Shown here: one piece after another, positions 37,299 to 50,362 of the stretch
Numbering within the stretch: position 1 is the first letter of the stretch
Layout: each line of letters starts with the position of its first letter
Origin: Macrostomum lignano
Lineage: Eukaryota
NCBI GenBank assembly: GCA_002269645.1
Contig: NIVC01000976.1
Span: 1-64,000, forward strand
Reading direction: 5' to 3'
DNA length: 64,000 nucleotides
The notes under the pieces: model-generated
Told to the model about the DNA's origin: nothing
Databases searched by the model: none
What the model saw: only the letters and a program-made list of their open reading frames with translations
Translations under genes and position numbers: made by a program

Positions 37299-39355
37299 TT
37301 AAAGTACATGCACATGCATCACTGTTGCATCAGCAGAATCGCTGCTCATTTCCTGCTCTCCTCTGTCAAACACCTGCAATGAATGGATGAGAATTTTATG
37401 AGTAAAATGACTTCTCGTTGAGGGAAGAAGCTTTGATTTTTCACACGAGTGTTTCAGTACCTTCAACCGCTGCGCCACCTCGTCAGCCAGACGTCTGGGA
37501 ATTACGGCGAGAGCCGCCTGCAAATCGCGCCAGGGCTCGATCAGCAGCTTGGGTTCACGGCAGAAACTGGCACCCACGACTAACTCCTGGATGTCCGCAC
37601 CAACTCTAAGGGCAACGGTGTTGACCCAGCGATGAGCATCCTCATCTTGGGGCGTTAACTCCAATCGGAGACTGTGCAGGAAGGCGTCAAAGTTTACATA
37701 ATGATAAGTGACGTAGTTCTGCAACCGCAGCGGGAAGCAGTCGGATAAAACTGCCGGCAGGAACTCAAGCTCGGGACGCTGATCAAACTCAAAGCAGAAT
37801 TTCCAGGCTGAGTCGTTGCTCCACAGGTAGTGCCACATCAAGTCCTTTGTAGCTTCAGCAGCGGACCTTTCAGACCGCCATGAGATGCCTTCGCTCACTG
37901 TGTGCCCTCTGCAGTCTGCAAGCACCTTCAATGCTGCATCCCGGTCTCTGAACTTCAGAAACGCTAGTGCTTTAAGAGTTTCTCGAGCCGTGCGGGCACA
38001 ATCTGGAAGCTGGCTAATGTGCTGCAAGAGCGACTGCTTGAGCTCTGGACTGCAGCAGTCACGCTGAGATAGGCGGACAAGCGACTCCCTCACCAAATCG
38101 TAAATCTCATGATATTCTACGGCGGCAGACATTCGAACTTTATTTGCTTTCATTCGAGGCAGAATTAGAAACGGATGGAAGTGAAATGTTCCGGTATTAG
38201 TAAGGGGCCCCAATGTATGGATAAATTTAATTAATAACTCCGGAAGTCTTTTCATAACGTATTGAAGCACTCTAGATATTTCTTGAGAACTGCTTTTGTC
38301 TGCACCTTTTAGGTACAGAGCAGCATCGCACAGAAAGAAGTGGTTCATGATTTTGTCTTCTGGCTTAGTTGCAGCTTCATCTTCGCTGCAGCTGCTCTTG
38401 ACGCTGCTTGACAAGATTTGCAATGAGCGTCTGATTTGACTCACGAGATTTTCCGGCTTCCATTGGTCAGAAGGTGTCTCCTCCAGCATTCGAAACGTGA
38501 TGGTTTTCACGTGATACGCCTTCACGCCTTGCACTCGACGGCAGATGACTTTTTTAACCAGATACTTGAGCGTCACGAATAGCTGTCCCTGCAACGTGCT
38601 GAGACTTCGGAGTAGCCGCTTCTCAAGGAAGGTTGTGCTAACGCGAAGTTGCTTACCCGATTTCTTCGGTGGTGCAGCATGCACCACGTGACAAGGCGAG
38701 TTTGTCAATTCGCTCTCGAGTGACTGCAGTATCGAGTGAGCAATGTTGGAAGCTGATCGCCGGGACGGAAGAAGGGGCGCGATGGGAGGGTAGCAACAGA
38801 GACGGCAGGCTGCAACTATATCCACTGCCGGCTTCAGCGAGGAGCCCCGGAATGGCTTGGCTGGGTTTGTGGCTGAAAATAAGATTTAGAAAAAGTAAAA
38901 CATTAGCAAATTTTTTAAAAATCGATCACATAGCTAGATAGATAAAAATATCATTTTAGTACAAGTATACTGGATCAATCGCATAGACTAAAACCAAATT
39001 TTCATTACCGAATCCGGAGCAGAGAATGTGTCCATTTGTGTATTCAACTGGATGCAAATTCCTTTCTTTACAGCTGCAATGATGCTTGAGATGGTAGAGT
39101 CTGCCCCGAACCAATTCCATCACGTCAATGTCGGACTCGATATCAGTTTTCCCATCGAGACTCGTCAGACTGTTACCCCATCCTTCGGAGAAGCTTCCAA
39201 CCACAAAAATATCTTCGTACGCGATTCGATTTCTTAGAATCTCCTGAAGGACGTCAGCCGCAGCTGCCTGAAGGGCAGCTCTTGAGGCAACGAATCCGGA
39301 TCGACTGAGGGCAGCGTGCAACTGCTCGCCCAGCTCAGTTTCGGTCGAGGGGACT
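37299..39355 (-). CDS. Mab-21/cGAS-like nucleotidyltransferase (cGLR-type) with a long C-terminal extension
   Basis: Exons 39355-39009 and 38872-37299 join in phase 1. The motif VGSFSEG-x-SDIDVM has 20 residues between GS and DID, and a third acidic residue in PAVDIV follows 55 aa later. Mab-21 C-lobe motifs are LRVSTTFLEKRLL, LKYLVKK, VKAYHVKTITFRMLE, W...NL and MNHFF. Confidence 0.85.
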
Positions 39356-39641
39356 CTGAAATTCCAGAAAATTTTAGTTTTGTTCCCTTTCGTTTCCTTA
39401 ATATTTAATGAATCTAGCGGTTGCGCAACAAAGGAAAGATTTTTTCTACTGAGAAATTCGGTAGGCTCATAAGCACTACATTAATACCACAATGGGACAA
39501 TACTACTGAGAAATGTACTTAAAATACAGATTTAGGGAACAGATTTGGCATTCGATGCGTACGATTCAGCATTTAAATTAAACTAAAGAGAACTTAAGTA
39601 TTTGCACTTTTATAATAAAAAACTTGATCTGAGACACTTGA

Positions 39642-40322
39642 TCAGCGGTGTACAGCGCTGTACAGCGGTGAGCAGCCACTGATTTCAAGAATGTCAACAT
39701 CCGCCTGCGCCCTGATTAGCGAGTCCACAACTTCATGCTCTCCAAACTGCGACGCGATGTACAATGATGTAGCTCCCTCGAAACTCTGAAGGTTCAAATC
39801 GGCTTGAGCTTCTATAAGCATCTTCACAACTGGGTTATGACCATTCTGTGATGCAATATAGAGTGATGTGCATCCGTCGCACCCTTGAACATCAACGTCC
39901 GCACCCGCCTTAATCAGCGACCTCACCACACGATGGTGGCCGTTCTCCGAAGCAGCGTACAGAGGCGTATTGCCATCGATTTCCGAAAGACCAACATTCG
40001 CGCGTGCTTTGATAAGGGCGTCCACCAGGTTCTGGTCGCCTCGCTGCGATGCGACGTACAGTGGCGTCTCCCCGGTACTTAATTGGCAATTCACGTCACA
40101 TGCAGGCGTGCCGAAGAGCATTTGAGCTATTTGTTCGTTTCCCACCACGCAAGCCAGGTGCATTGGAGTCGCAAGTTCACCGTCATAAAGTATTGGTCGA
40201 TCAACCCTCATACCTGCCGCAAGCGCTTGTTCTATTAGTTGGACATTTTCTGCTTCAATAGAAGCCATAAACTCATGCTCACTGATGTCAGAACCGTGAG
40301 AAGTTTCTTTTTTTGCTGACAT
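39642..40322 (-). CDS. Ankyrin-repeat protein or exon (about 5-6 repeats), possibly the N-terminus of the adjacent cGLR
   Basis: Repeated G.TPL/SLY.AS..G...VV..LI.A.ADV motifs in a 226-aa ORF that ends 287 bp upstream of the cGLR acceptor on the same strand. Confidence 0.88.
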   Translation of the reverse strand: MSAKKETSHGSDISEHEFMASIEAENVQLIEQALAAGMRVDRPILYDGELATPMHLACVVGNEQIAQMLFGTPACDVNCQLSTGETPLYVASQRGDQNLVDALIKARANVGLSEIDGNTPLYAASENGHHRVVRSLIKAGADVDVQGCDGCTSLYIASQNGHNPVVKMLIEAQADLNLQSFEGATSLYIASQFGEHEVVDSLIRAQADVDILEISGCSPLYSAVHR

Positions 40323-42149
40323 GATTCAATGTACAAGAAAATTTTCACACTATACAGAAACTTACTGTCGATTAGTCAATTATAGTTACGAGGTCCTACA
40401 TTTTGTGCGTTGTCTATTCAGCTGTCGCTGGTTGGGCTTCCTTTTAGGTAGCATGGCAGCCTATTTATTATATAAGAAGGCCAAACGCATGGCCCACGCG
40501 ATATCGCGCAGAAGAAATTTTTTTGACAGCAACACTGTCGGCAATTATTGTGCCTAAGTGCTTTTAGACTGGTGGGGGTAGACATATGACGCGAATTTGG
40601 TGACAGTGTACAATAAAATTGAGTACAGGGAGGCTCAAGTAAAATGTGAAAAAACGCTTGACAACACTTATAGCCTACTGTACTGGGGATCGTACACTAC
40701 TCGGAAACTGAATATGCTTTTGGACCAATATGGAACGTCGAATACGAATACATATTAATATGCATGTCTTGTTTTGCTAAACTGTATTCCCAAGAAAACC
40801 AATTGACACGCTCGCCCGCATAAGCAGCAGAGGACATTGGTACATGTATATGCCAACTTTGTGCAGTCTTTCCTATCTAGCCTCCCAATTCCCTCTTCCC
40901 TGACTGTCTTCCTCCACCTCTTCTGTCGCAAGCTACAGACGTAAAGTACAATGTGTGTACACTCTAGCTAGCTAGCTGTCTCTTCCCTCTCTTGTGCCTA
41001 GTTCATTTCTGATTACTCCCTCATAGCAATTCCCGGTCCCAAACACATGCAGGAAAAAGTCTTCGACACCGCTTCGTGCAGTGTTGAATTGATAAATTTG
41101 GTTTGTTATTTTAACACTCTCGACACTCTGAGCTGGAATTGTCTGCTCGTAATTGTCCATGTTTGTTAGTTTAAAAAGATTTGTGTCGGTTGTTTTAATA
41201 ATATCCCGAATAAAGCCATGTGTACCAACTACCAATTATATATTAAGAAGTATTGTTCCATGCGAGCTTTACGGGTAATTTTCATTTGCCGAGCTACATG
41301 TATCGGGCGATTGCCAGCTCTCAAATCTCAAATTCCGCCGTTGTTTAATATCGAAGTAGCATTGCAATTTGCTAGCAATGTCGTTAAAACATCGGCCAAC
41401 TTCTGATTATGGCAGCACGGGCACCGGTAGCATATACGATTGGAACAATACCATGAATTATGGCCCGACTCACTAGAAATAAACTTGAATACACACGTAC
41501 TGTACATTTATTATTAGCGGAATAGCCGGAGGAGGAACAAAGGAAAGCAGGGGAGTGCACAAGGACTACTAAACAACACGTAGGACATTACTTGCAAATA
41601 TTGGCAGAATTCTAAAAGGTCGCTTTGAATGTATGTGTCAATTGGTTTAAAAAAATTACTAGAAATTATAAATGTCTAGTGAATAAAGCCTTTTATGTGC
41701 ATGAATTCCGACTAATCATTTGTACGAGCGTACTATGGCCACTAAATCAGTTTCGTCACAACTTTAATCCGAATTCAACTTTCGTACGTAGCTGTCTTTT
41801 ACCAACACGTCCGGTTTGATGTCTCTCAGTTTCAGATTAATTGTTATTTAGTAGTCTTTAGGAGTGAATACAGCATGAAATCAAAATGTACTGCCCTCCC
41901 TGGGCAATATATTGAGCAAGGACGTTCTGATACACCATTTTACCATCAATTTCATTCAAACTCCAATTCACTTTAGACAATCGGAAGTTCAACTTCGATA
42001 CTTATAGCTCGATCTATAGGTGTACATGTACGAGTATATCTACATTCATTTTAGACAAACTCCTTTTCAGTTTCGACAGCAAGTGCAAATTTGTTTGAGG
42101 AAGAAAGGCTACGCTCGTATGTTTTTTTTGCGCTGAGAAAAAATTCATT

Positions 42150-42517
42150 TCATTTTCGTCAAACTAGAATTCATGTCGGCAATCTGTTGACGCAACTTCT
42201 ATAAACTCTGATTCACTTTCGTCAAACTCCAATTCATGTCGACAATCTGTTGACGCAACTTCTATAAACTCTGATTCACTTTCGTCAAACTCCAATTCAT
42301 GTCGACAATCTGTTGACGCAACTTCTATAAACTCTGATTCACTTTCGTCAAACTCCAATTCATGTCGACAATCTGTTGACGCAACTTCTATAAACTCTGA
42401 TTCACTTTCGTCAAACTCCAATTCATGTCGAAAATCTGTTGACGCAACTTCTATAAACTCTGATTCACTTTCGTCAAACTCCAATTCATGTCGAAAATCT
42501 GTTGACGCAACTTCTAC
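42150..42517. repeat. Tandem repeat, 63-bp unit, about 5.5 copies
   Basis: Unit AAACTCCAATTCATGTCGACAATCTGTTGACGCAACTTCTATAAACTCTGATTCACTTTCGTC; the minus strand has an open frame (EFDESESEFIEVASTDCRHEL)n. Confidence 0.92.
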
Positions 42518-42939
42518 GAAGGTAGGTAGGTAGGTATTCGTAGATAGGAATAGTAGATAGGAATGAAACAAAAATAGGCGAAGGCTCCTCGACATTGTTG
42601 GAGCCTTCGATAACGTTCTCTTCTGTTAGTGTATGGGACGAAAGACTGAAGCCCAGTGCAGTATTGGTGAGGCTATAGCCTTTAGCTAGATTGAGTCCTC
42701 CGGTTGAGCGGCTCTAGTTATCTTTCTTCTTTATTTGTTCTCGCACGAGCTTAGCTATATAAAATAAGTATACTGTATTTCTACAATGGTTAAGACCACA
42801 GACAGCTTTTCGTGAAGCTAATATGTAGCACAACATAAAAGTTCCTACTAATTCAAATCAAACATTACTATGGCATCTAACATCTTCGATGCTAGAGAAA
42901 CCCACTCGCACCTTACCCAGTGGATCATGTATATTCATG

Positions 42940-44921
42940 TATGATCAGCCACCGTACTGCCACCGCGCACCTGCTGGGTCACCAACGGACGGTAACCGTC
43001 TGCAAACGCAGCCCCCGAGGCGGTGTTCTCTCTCTAGTTCTCTGGACCATGGTCATCGATGAGCTCCTTCAGGACAGCCATCTTGACCCCATCGTTAAGG
43101 TCGGTTATGCCGATGATGTCACAGCCGTGACATCCGGGCCATCACCTGAAACTCTATAAGGGGATCTTTTACAAAGCTTTATTTGCTCTGCTGAATAATA
43201 GGCGGACAGGTGTGGCATCAGGCTCTCCGAGATCAAAACTGTCGCGATCACGTTCACTAGCAGGGTTAATTGGTGTATTCGCCCACTAAAGCTTTACGGG
43301 GTGGAAATCCCATCCTGCAAGCAAACCAAGTGTCTCGGCGTTACGCTGGACCACAGGCTGAGCTGGTCCACCCACATTCAGGCCAAAACCAAAAAAGCCC
43401 TCGCGATTCTTGCGCAGCTGCGCAGAGCCGTCGGCACTACATGGGGCCCAACCCCGAAGCGGCTCTGGTGGATCTATAACGCAATAGTCCGGCCGGCCGT
43501 TACTTACGCCGGCCTGCCCTGGACCTGCGCCTTGCAGATTAAAACCTGCCACAAAGCCCTAAAAAAGGTGCAGGGACGTGCGTGCCGCATGATCATGAAA
43601 GGCCCGCTTTCTGCTCCTTTTGACGGCCTCAACTCCTTCCTCTGCCTCCCACCCTTGCACATCTTCGTCCGCCGGGAGGCTGCTAAAACCACCCACCGGC
43701 TCATCGAGGCTGGCGTTAGCTTCAAGCCGCAAAGAGCGATGACGAAGCGCAAGTTTCTGCCGCACTCTGACTTGTGCTTTAAAATTCTGTAGGAGAGCGG
43801 GAGTGCGGCTGTCCTTTTAGACGCTGAGCCTCGATCCCTCAATCTCTACCAACGCTTCAAGGTCACTATCCCCTCTAGGGAGAACGCCGACGACAGCTGG
43901 GCCCCTCCAGGGGGTCCACTGCTTCACTGACGGATCCTCCTAAAACGGCACATCCGGTTTTGGAGTTTGTATCCTTATCGATGGTCGCGTGATCGCCACT
44001 CACGCCCAACACACTTGCAGACTCTCCAATGTCTTCCAACCATCAGCTCTTGTGCAGCTGAGCTCTCTGCAGGGACTTTAAATTAAGACAGAATAATCTT
44101 CTGACACTCTGACAGCCAGGCCAGGCCGCCTTTCAGGCACTGTGTCACACCACTACCAACTCCCGAACAGTTCACGACTGTATTGGGCAGCTCAACAACC
44201 TGGGTCGGAGGAACAACGTCCGGCTTACCAGGGCCCAGGGCACGCCGGGTTCAGAGCTAGGTAGCGAGCTGCTCGTTGACTCCCTCGCTAAGACGGGTAG
44301 GCTCCAGCTCGCTCCTTGGCCCCTCGCCTCTGGCCCCCATTCCCGCCACGGTCTTTAATCGCCAGATTAACGACTGGGCGGATATCCTGCTCCTGCGCAG
44401 ATGGGATGGTATTTTCGACAGCCGTCAATCCCGGGCGGCAGTGCCCAACCCGTCCCTCAAGCTGCAGAGAATGCTGTTGAACCGAAATCGAAAAGATATC
44501 CGCGCTCTCACATATGACCTTCACAGGTCACGGTTGCTTTTCCAGGCACTGTTTCCTCCGAGGCGTCCGCCGGAGCGAACTCTTCCCCCTTTCAACCTTG
44601 AAAATGAAGATGCCAACTATCACTTCATCTGCTACTGTCCGGTCTTCAAACGAGACCGGCTCCACTACCTCGGGCCCAACCCGTCCCTGGATGACGCTTG
44701 CCGGCCCGAGAACATCCCACGACTCACCCTGGTTCCTCCTACCAAACGAGCCTCCGTCTTCCCCACCGAAGACAACGCTGCAGACAGGACTGACAGACCT
44801 CCCTGACTGGCCCCCGCCCTAGCCTATGCGGGCTTAGCGGAAGCGGCTTCAAGGATTAGCGGGGCCACGCTCGCCTCCCCGCGTTTTCGGATCGCCCTGT
44901 AGCTAAGTCAAGAAAGTCAAG
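42940..44921 (+). mobile_element. 5'-truncated degenerate non-LTR retrotransposon with RT and RNase H (R1/LOA-like)
   Basis: RT motifs are SPRGGVLS..LWTMVIDELL, GYADDV, KCLGVTLDHRLSW and GTTWG.TP...WIYNAIVRPAVTY. An RNase H-like FTDGS lies at about 43920. There are several stops and frameshifts, and the 3' tail is AAGTCAAGAAAGTCAAG. Confidence 0.88.
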
Positions 44922-44967
44922 AGACACAAAACGCAGGCATATATTACATAATTAATTATATTATATA

Positions 44968-45627
44968 TGTAAAGCCCCCTCTATAGCGGCGAACTCATCA
45001 TGCATGCACCCAACATCGCAGCCAACTACCCCTCCTTACAAAAGGCTCCTCACAATTCAAAAAGCGACCGCAATTATTAGCAGCAAAACTATTGTTGTGA
45101 AATGCGAAATCTCCGGGGGGCGGCTCGTGATCCTCGAGCAGCTACGGCCTCCTAAGACTAATACCAGAGTACAAGTACCCCTTCAGGGTGGCGAGCCAGT
45201 GATGGCGTCCGACACTCTGACCGAGCTGCCAGTGTCAGGCGGTGCGTACTATCGCTTCTCGTTCCTAGCCAGCAGCTCGTCCCTACGGCAGTACCCGATA
45301 CAGTATGTCCCGTACCGAACAATGAATAACACAACGAGACTCAAGTTCTTACTGAGGAACGAACACGGCGGGAGCGGCGGCGAAGGACTAGCCGGTATCG
45401 CGGATTATCAGACGTTGTGTACCCGTAGGGGCGTCTCGGTTCTAATCGATATGGGCAGTGGAATCTCAGAGCTAAGTTGAGTTGGAAGGTATAGTAGCAG
45501 CCAACGTTGGTCCCTCACTGCCGCTACACCGCGCTAAATATATATTTGGATTGGCCGGCTAGCTAGCCGCGGGGTATCGCCCCCCGCGCCCACCCGACCA
45601 GCCACACAACCAGCTTAGCACATTACA
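44968..45627. mobile_element. Possible solo LTR
   Basis: Ends are TGTAA...TTACA, with a TATATATA box at about 45540. No TSD, PBS or PPT was found. Confidence 0.3.
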
Positions 45628-48600
45628 GCGAGAAAGTTGCTGATTGGCCGGCGCGTGAGAGAGGCGACCCGTACCAATCAGCAGCTGCGCAAGAGACGGA
45701 AAAACTTGGGGGGGGGAACGCGCTGAGAGGGGTGGCGCAGCCAGCCAAAGCCGGCTGGCTCAGACAGACTGGGGTGGGTGGTGCATAAACAACTGAGGAG
45801 GGGAAAGTGCAGTGCCCCAGTGCGCCAATCAACTGCAAGCCTGAGATCGCTAGGCAGTACACTACGGCACAACACTATGGAAAATGAGTTGAGGTAAAAG
45901 TACATCGTTTGAAAATGATTTTATGACTGATCGATTTCTATGACGATGAGAGAGCAAAGGATCGGAGCTTCTAATTTTTTAACTTTTCCTATATATCCTA
46001 TATAATACATTTACATGTACATGTAAATACGTCGGCGCATATGTTCTGTGCATTATAGTAGTGCAGTGCACGCACAAATCATGTTACTTCTATGATGAAT
46101 TTTGAAAACTGCAGTATATCTTCAGTTTTTCAAATTTTTAGCCTGTTCATCAAAGAGTATTCCGTTGTGACGCGTGTATCACACTGCAGATAGATACAGC
46201 TGACGTTATTTCGTCAAAGGTCGACTAGGACAATGTACGTACTTCTGACGCTGAAGTAAACTATAGCAAAAGAAAAATAGATGAGCAGAATAAAAATTTT
46301 TTTTGCATATTATTTATATGCAGCTCATGCAGATTTTATACTAATTTAGATATATTTTGTTTAAACAAGTGTCTTATCTATTTCAAACTTGAACCCAAAT
46401 TATTGACTCAATTCTTATCCCCCACCACCATGTTTACAAAAAATCTGGATCTTTTTTAAAATGCTATTGTAATTACGGTATATGCTTTGATATATTGGCA
46501 TAAAATAGCTATTTTTTCTTTTGGATTTTACGTCCAAACTTCTTTCGCCTCTTATCGCGTAATCTCGTAATCAAAGCTATACCTCGTAATTCGTACTCTT
46601 TTTTGTACTAATATTTATACTCGTTGTTAGTTGTTAGTCGTCACTTTTCGTCCAAAAATACCGTAAAAAATTCCGGCGCGCTTTCAAATACTTTATCTTT
46701 TACAATAACACTCGTCCCTATAGGAAAAAGTTGTAAAACCGCGGACGGTGTCCGGCGCACTTTTGAAATTTTTCTAAAGCGCAGCGCGCGCACAGGCGCA
46801 GCGCCTGCGCGCGCGCACAGGCGCAGCGCCTGCGCGCGCGCTGCCCTTTCTTACTGGCTGCTGCTCTAGCAAATACATATACATGGAAATGGGTATAATA
46901 CCTCTGTTGAAGGGGCTTATACACTCGTAATTTATTAAGCTTAGAGATGTTCCGAAAATTCAATTTCAATTTTCCAAAATTTGAAATTTTTTAAAGCAAA
47001 TTTAATTTCGAAAAAAATTTAGAAGTGAAAATTTTGGTAGTGTCTAAAAAGTCGCTAAAAATAAACTACTTTCTACTACTTATACATGTATTACTTTTTG
47101 CTTAAGCAGTAAATTGAAAGTAAAAAAGTGAGTGTTGATCACACTAAACTTTGTTTTTCTGAATTATGATTTCGGGAAATTTCAATTTTGATTTTGGATA
47201 GGGTGATTCTCCTCATCGAGAGGTTTCGGAGGTTTTGAGGTTTATCAGAGGTTTCATTTCGAACAAATATTTTCGCACAAAATTTTTAATTCTGCACAAA
47301 AATTAAAATGTTACTAAAATTTACTTATATATACAATTTTTCCTTAGAAAATAGCTCGGAGGTTTCGGATTCTTTTCAATTTTGCTTGTGATAGGTACGC
47401 GCGGAAATTATTTACCTATTTTTATGCAGTGGGTCGTTCTCAAAGCTAGGTCACAACTTTTTGTTATTGCAAAAAAAGTTTATACATCGACCAATAATCG
47501 TACAAAAAAAATTCTTTCGACAATTTCTGTAAGAAGCTGCTACTAAAACCACAAGAAAACTTGAAATTGAGAAGAAATCAAGGCTATTTGTTATTCTTTG
47601 TTGCGGAAAATAAACGACAAAAATATTAAAGAGAAAATAAAATTTTCTTCCATTTTTATTTTAAATATGCAGTTAAATTTCTTTTGCAAAAATAAAAGAA
47701 CAAGAAATTGACAAAGGAAATGTTTTTGAGCACAGCATTTTGTTACTCTGCTCTAAATCCCAGACATTTAAAATTATCGTGTGCGAAATTATTATAGCAT
47801 GCACTCGAAAGAACTTCGATCAGTTTAACTAATCACTGAATTAAGAAGTCTAAATAAGTCTTGAAAGGTTGAATTAAAAATCAAGTTTTCACTATGTATC
47901 TTTTCAAAGTTAAGATGATTCGACAAATAAAGAATGTTCATTTTTATGGTTAATAGAATTGTTTTCATTTTTACATTAAATATAATAAAATCTAACTAAT
48001 AATAGAAAAAGTCAGGGAACTATCCTTGAACACCAAAAAGCACATTGTGGATTTAATATCGACTGCATGTTCCTTAATAAAGGAATTCGGATACTAGTAT
48101 ATATTTGATTATTTGTAGCATAATTTCTGAAAACTATAACTTGCTTGATTTTACTTTAAGTACTTATTACATTAATACTTATACCAAAGCTACATGTACT
48201 TAAAATAAAAAATTATAGTTACTTATTAGACATTTTACTCCAATTAACTTAAAATAATTCAAATTTATTTTAATTAATTCATTTTTTGAAACTTTTTGGA
48301 AAATAGACAAAATTGAATTATTTAATTACCAAAAACCTACTAGCTTAACTAAAATAGCAATTAGTCTTTAAGAAAAGATTTCACTTGTTAATTGAGAAAA
48401 ATGAGGATGTGCGAGGTGTAAAAATGCGAAAGAGCATGCAGGAAACAGAGACAAACAAAAATGTAGGTAAAAGACACTGCACATGCACATAATATGATAA
48501 CCAGACATAATGCGCACACTGAAACACCAGTAGCAATGACGCCCAAGCTTTTGATGATCACAAGCGAAAAGGCAAAACCCAGCCATCAATCAAAGAAGTA

Positions 48601-49419
48601 GACTATAGCACGCATCTTGAGTGCATCACACATTTTTTGCAGAGAAGCTCGAAAATTAACATTGTATTCTGTGCACAACCACCAACTGCGACAGGGTCTG
48701 CCGGGGATTTGTGGGCACGCGGTCGCGGATACAAATCGGAGGAGTCGCTGACCATTCTGAAATTACAAGCTATATAGTACATGTAATTTTGTGTATTAAT
48801 ATATTTAGCCCGCTTTATTTCTATGCTCTCGTCCGCCTCTCGTTAATGCATCCCAAGACTCATGCAATAATCAAACTTATGATCGAACTATGCATGGCTT
48901 CCGTCCCTCGCTTTGAATCTCTCACCTCCCCATAGTTCCATCAACCTTACCGTAGTGGCTTCCTATGCAAAAATCATCCCTCCGCATCTTACACAGCCCT
49001 ACTCTCCTTGCATGGATAAATCATGGATGAAGCATCCATGATGCCATGTATGGATCATACCTGAACATGTATGGAGCCATACCTGATCATACATGGTTCC
49101 ACGTAAACTTCATCCATGGTTACTTTCCATCCATGTACATTGATGTATGATTTTAAATATAATTTTCCTTACTACACTACTGTTAGTAGAACGCAATGTT
49201 TGCGTAGGTTCATTTTAAAGCTGAAATTTTCTAAACAAATTCGGCAGCATCTTTAGTGCTGCTGAGAAATATGTTTCCATTCCCTTATAAATCACTTTCA
49301 AAACAAAAAAGTATCAGAACAAATACTTATGCAATTAAATGTAGAAGTAATTGAAAACTCGTATGATGACCATTTCGAGACTTATATTATTAATGATAAT
49401 TAGGCATAATTCATTTCAA

Positions 49420-50035
49420 AGTACTGTAAGAAAAAATAAGACAGCTCAGTCTCAGAGAGCTTTAAAATACAGAATGGACAGAATTTGACGCATTTCAAGG
49501 TACTGTAAGAAAAAATAAGACAGCTCAGAGAGCTTTAAAATACAGAATAGACAGAATTTGACGCATTTCAAGGTACTGTAAGAAAAAATAAAACAGCTCA
49601 GAGAGCTTTAAAATACAGAATAGACAGAATTTGACGCATTTCAAGGTACTGTAAGAAAAAATAAAACAGCTCAGAGAGCTTTAAAATACAGAATAGACAG
49701 AATTTGACGCATTTCAAGGTACTGTAAGAAAAAATAAAACAGCTCAGAGAGCTTTAAAATACAGAATAGACAGAATTTGACGCATTTCAAGGTACTGTAA
49801 GAAAAATAAAACAGCTCAGAGAGCTTTAAGATACAGAATAGACAGAATTTGACGCATTTCAAGGTACTGTAAGAAAAAATAAAACAGCTCAGAGAGCTTT
49901 AAGATACAGAATAGACAGAATTTGACGCATTTCAAGGTACTGTAAGAAAAAATAAAACAGCTCAGAGAGCTTTAAGATACAGAATAGACAGAATTTGACG
50001 CATTTCAAGGTACTGTAAGAAAAAATAAAACAGTA
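49420..50035. repeat. 73-bp tandem repeat (about 8 copies) inside the CACTA element, downstream of the transposase
   Basis: Units start at 49497, 49570 and onward (AAGGTACTGTAAGAAAAAATAAAACAGCTC...). Confidence 0.93.
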
Positions 50036-50362
50036 AATTTTACTGAACAGTCAATAAATAGAATTAGCCGAATTCGGTACGCATTAAGGGCAAGGGCCGA
50101 CTAATCCTTTACGAAACGAAGTTAATGCTGCATTAGTCAATTATTTGCGCACAGAAACTTGGAGATTTTGAATATGGAGAGATCGGACAAAGAGAGGTAA
50201 CGGTGGGAGTCTGAGAGGGAGGAAGTTGGGCATCTGGAAAGTTATTCTGATTCCCTGATGGTTTTATCTTGGTCATGGAGCATAATTTTATTTTCTGCCA
50301 GACTTTGCAGCATTAATAATAAAATAATCGGATCTAAGGTACGGACACATACTCGTACCTTT

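Noticed and set aside
45004-45480. 158-aa ORF
   Set aside because: It has no recognisable motif or splice context and lies within a possible solo LTR.
48368-48760. Hydrophobic minus-strand stretch (WLGFAFSLVIIKSLGVIATGVSVCALCLVIILCAC) as a transmembrane exon
   Set aside because: No convincing splice sites or partner exons were found, and T-rich sequence readily yields hydrophobic text.
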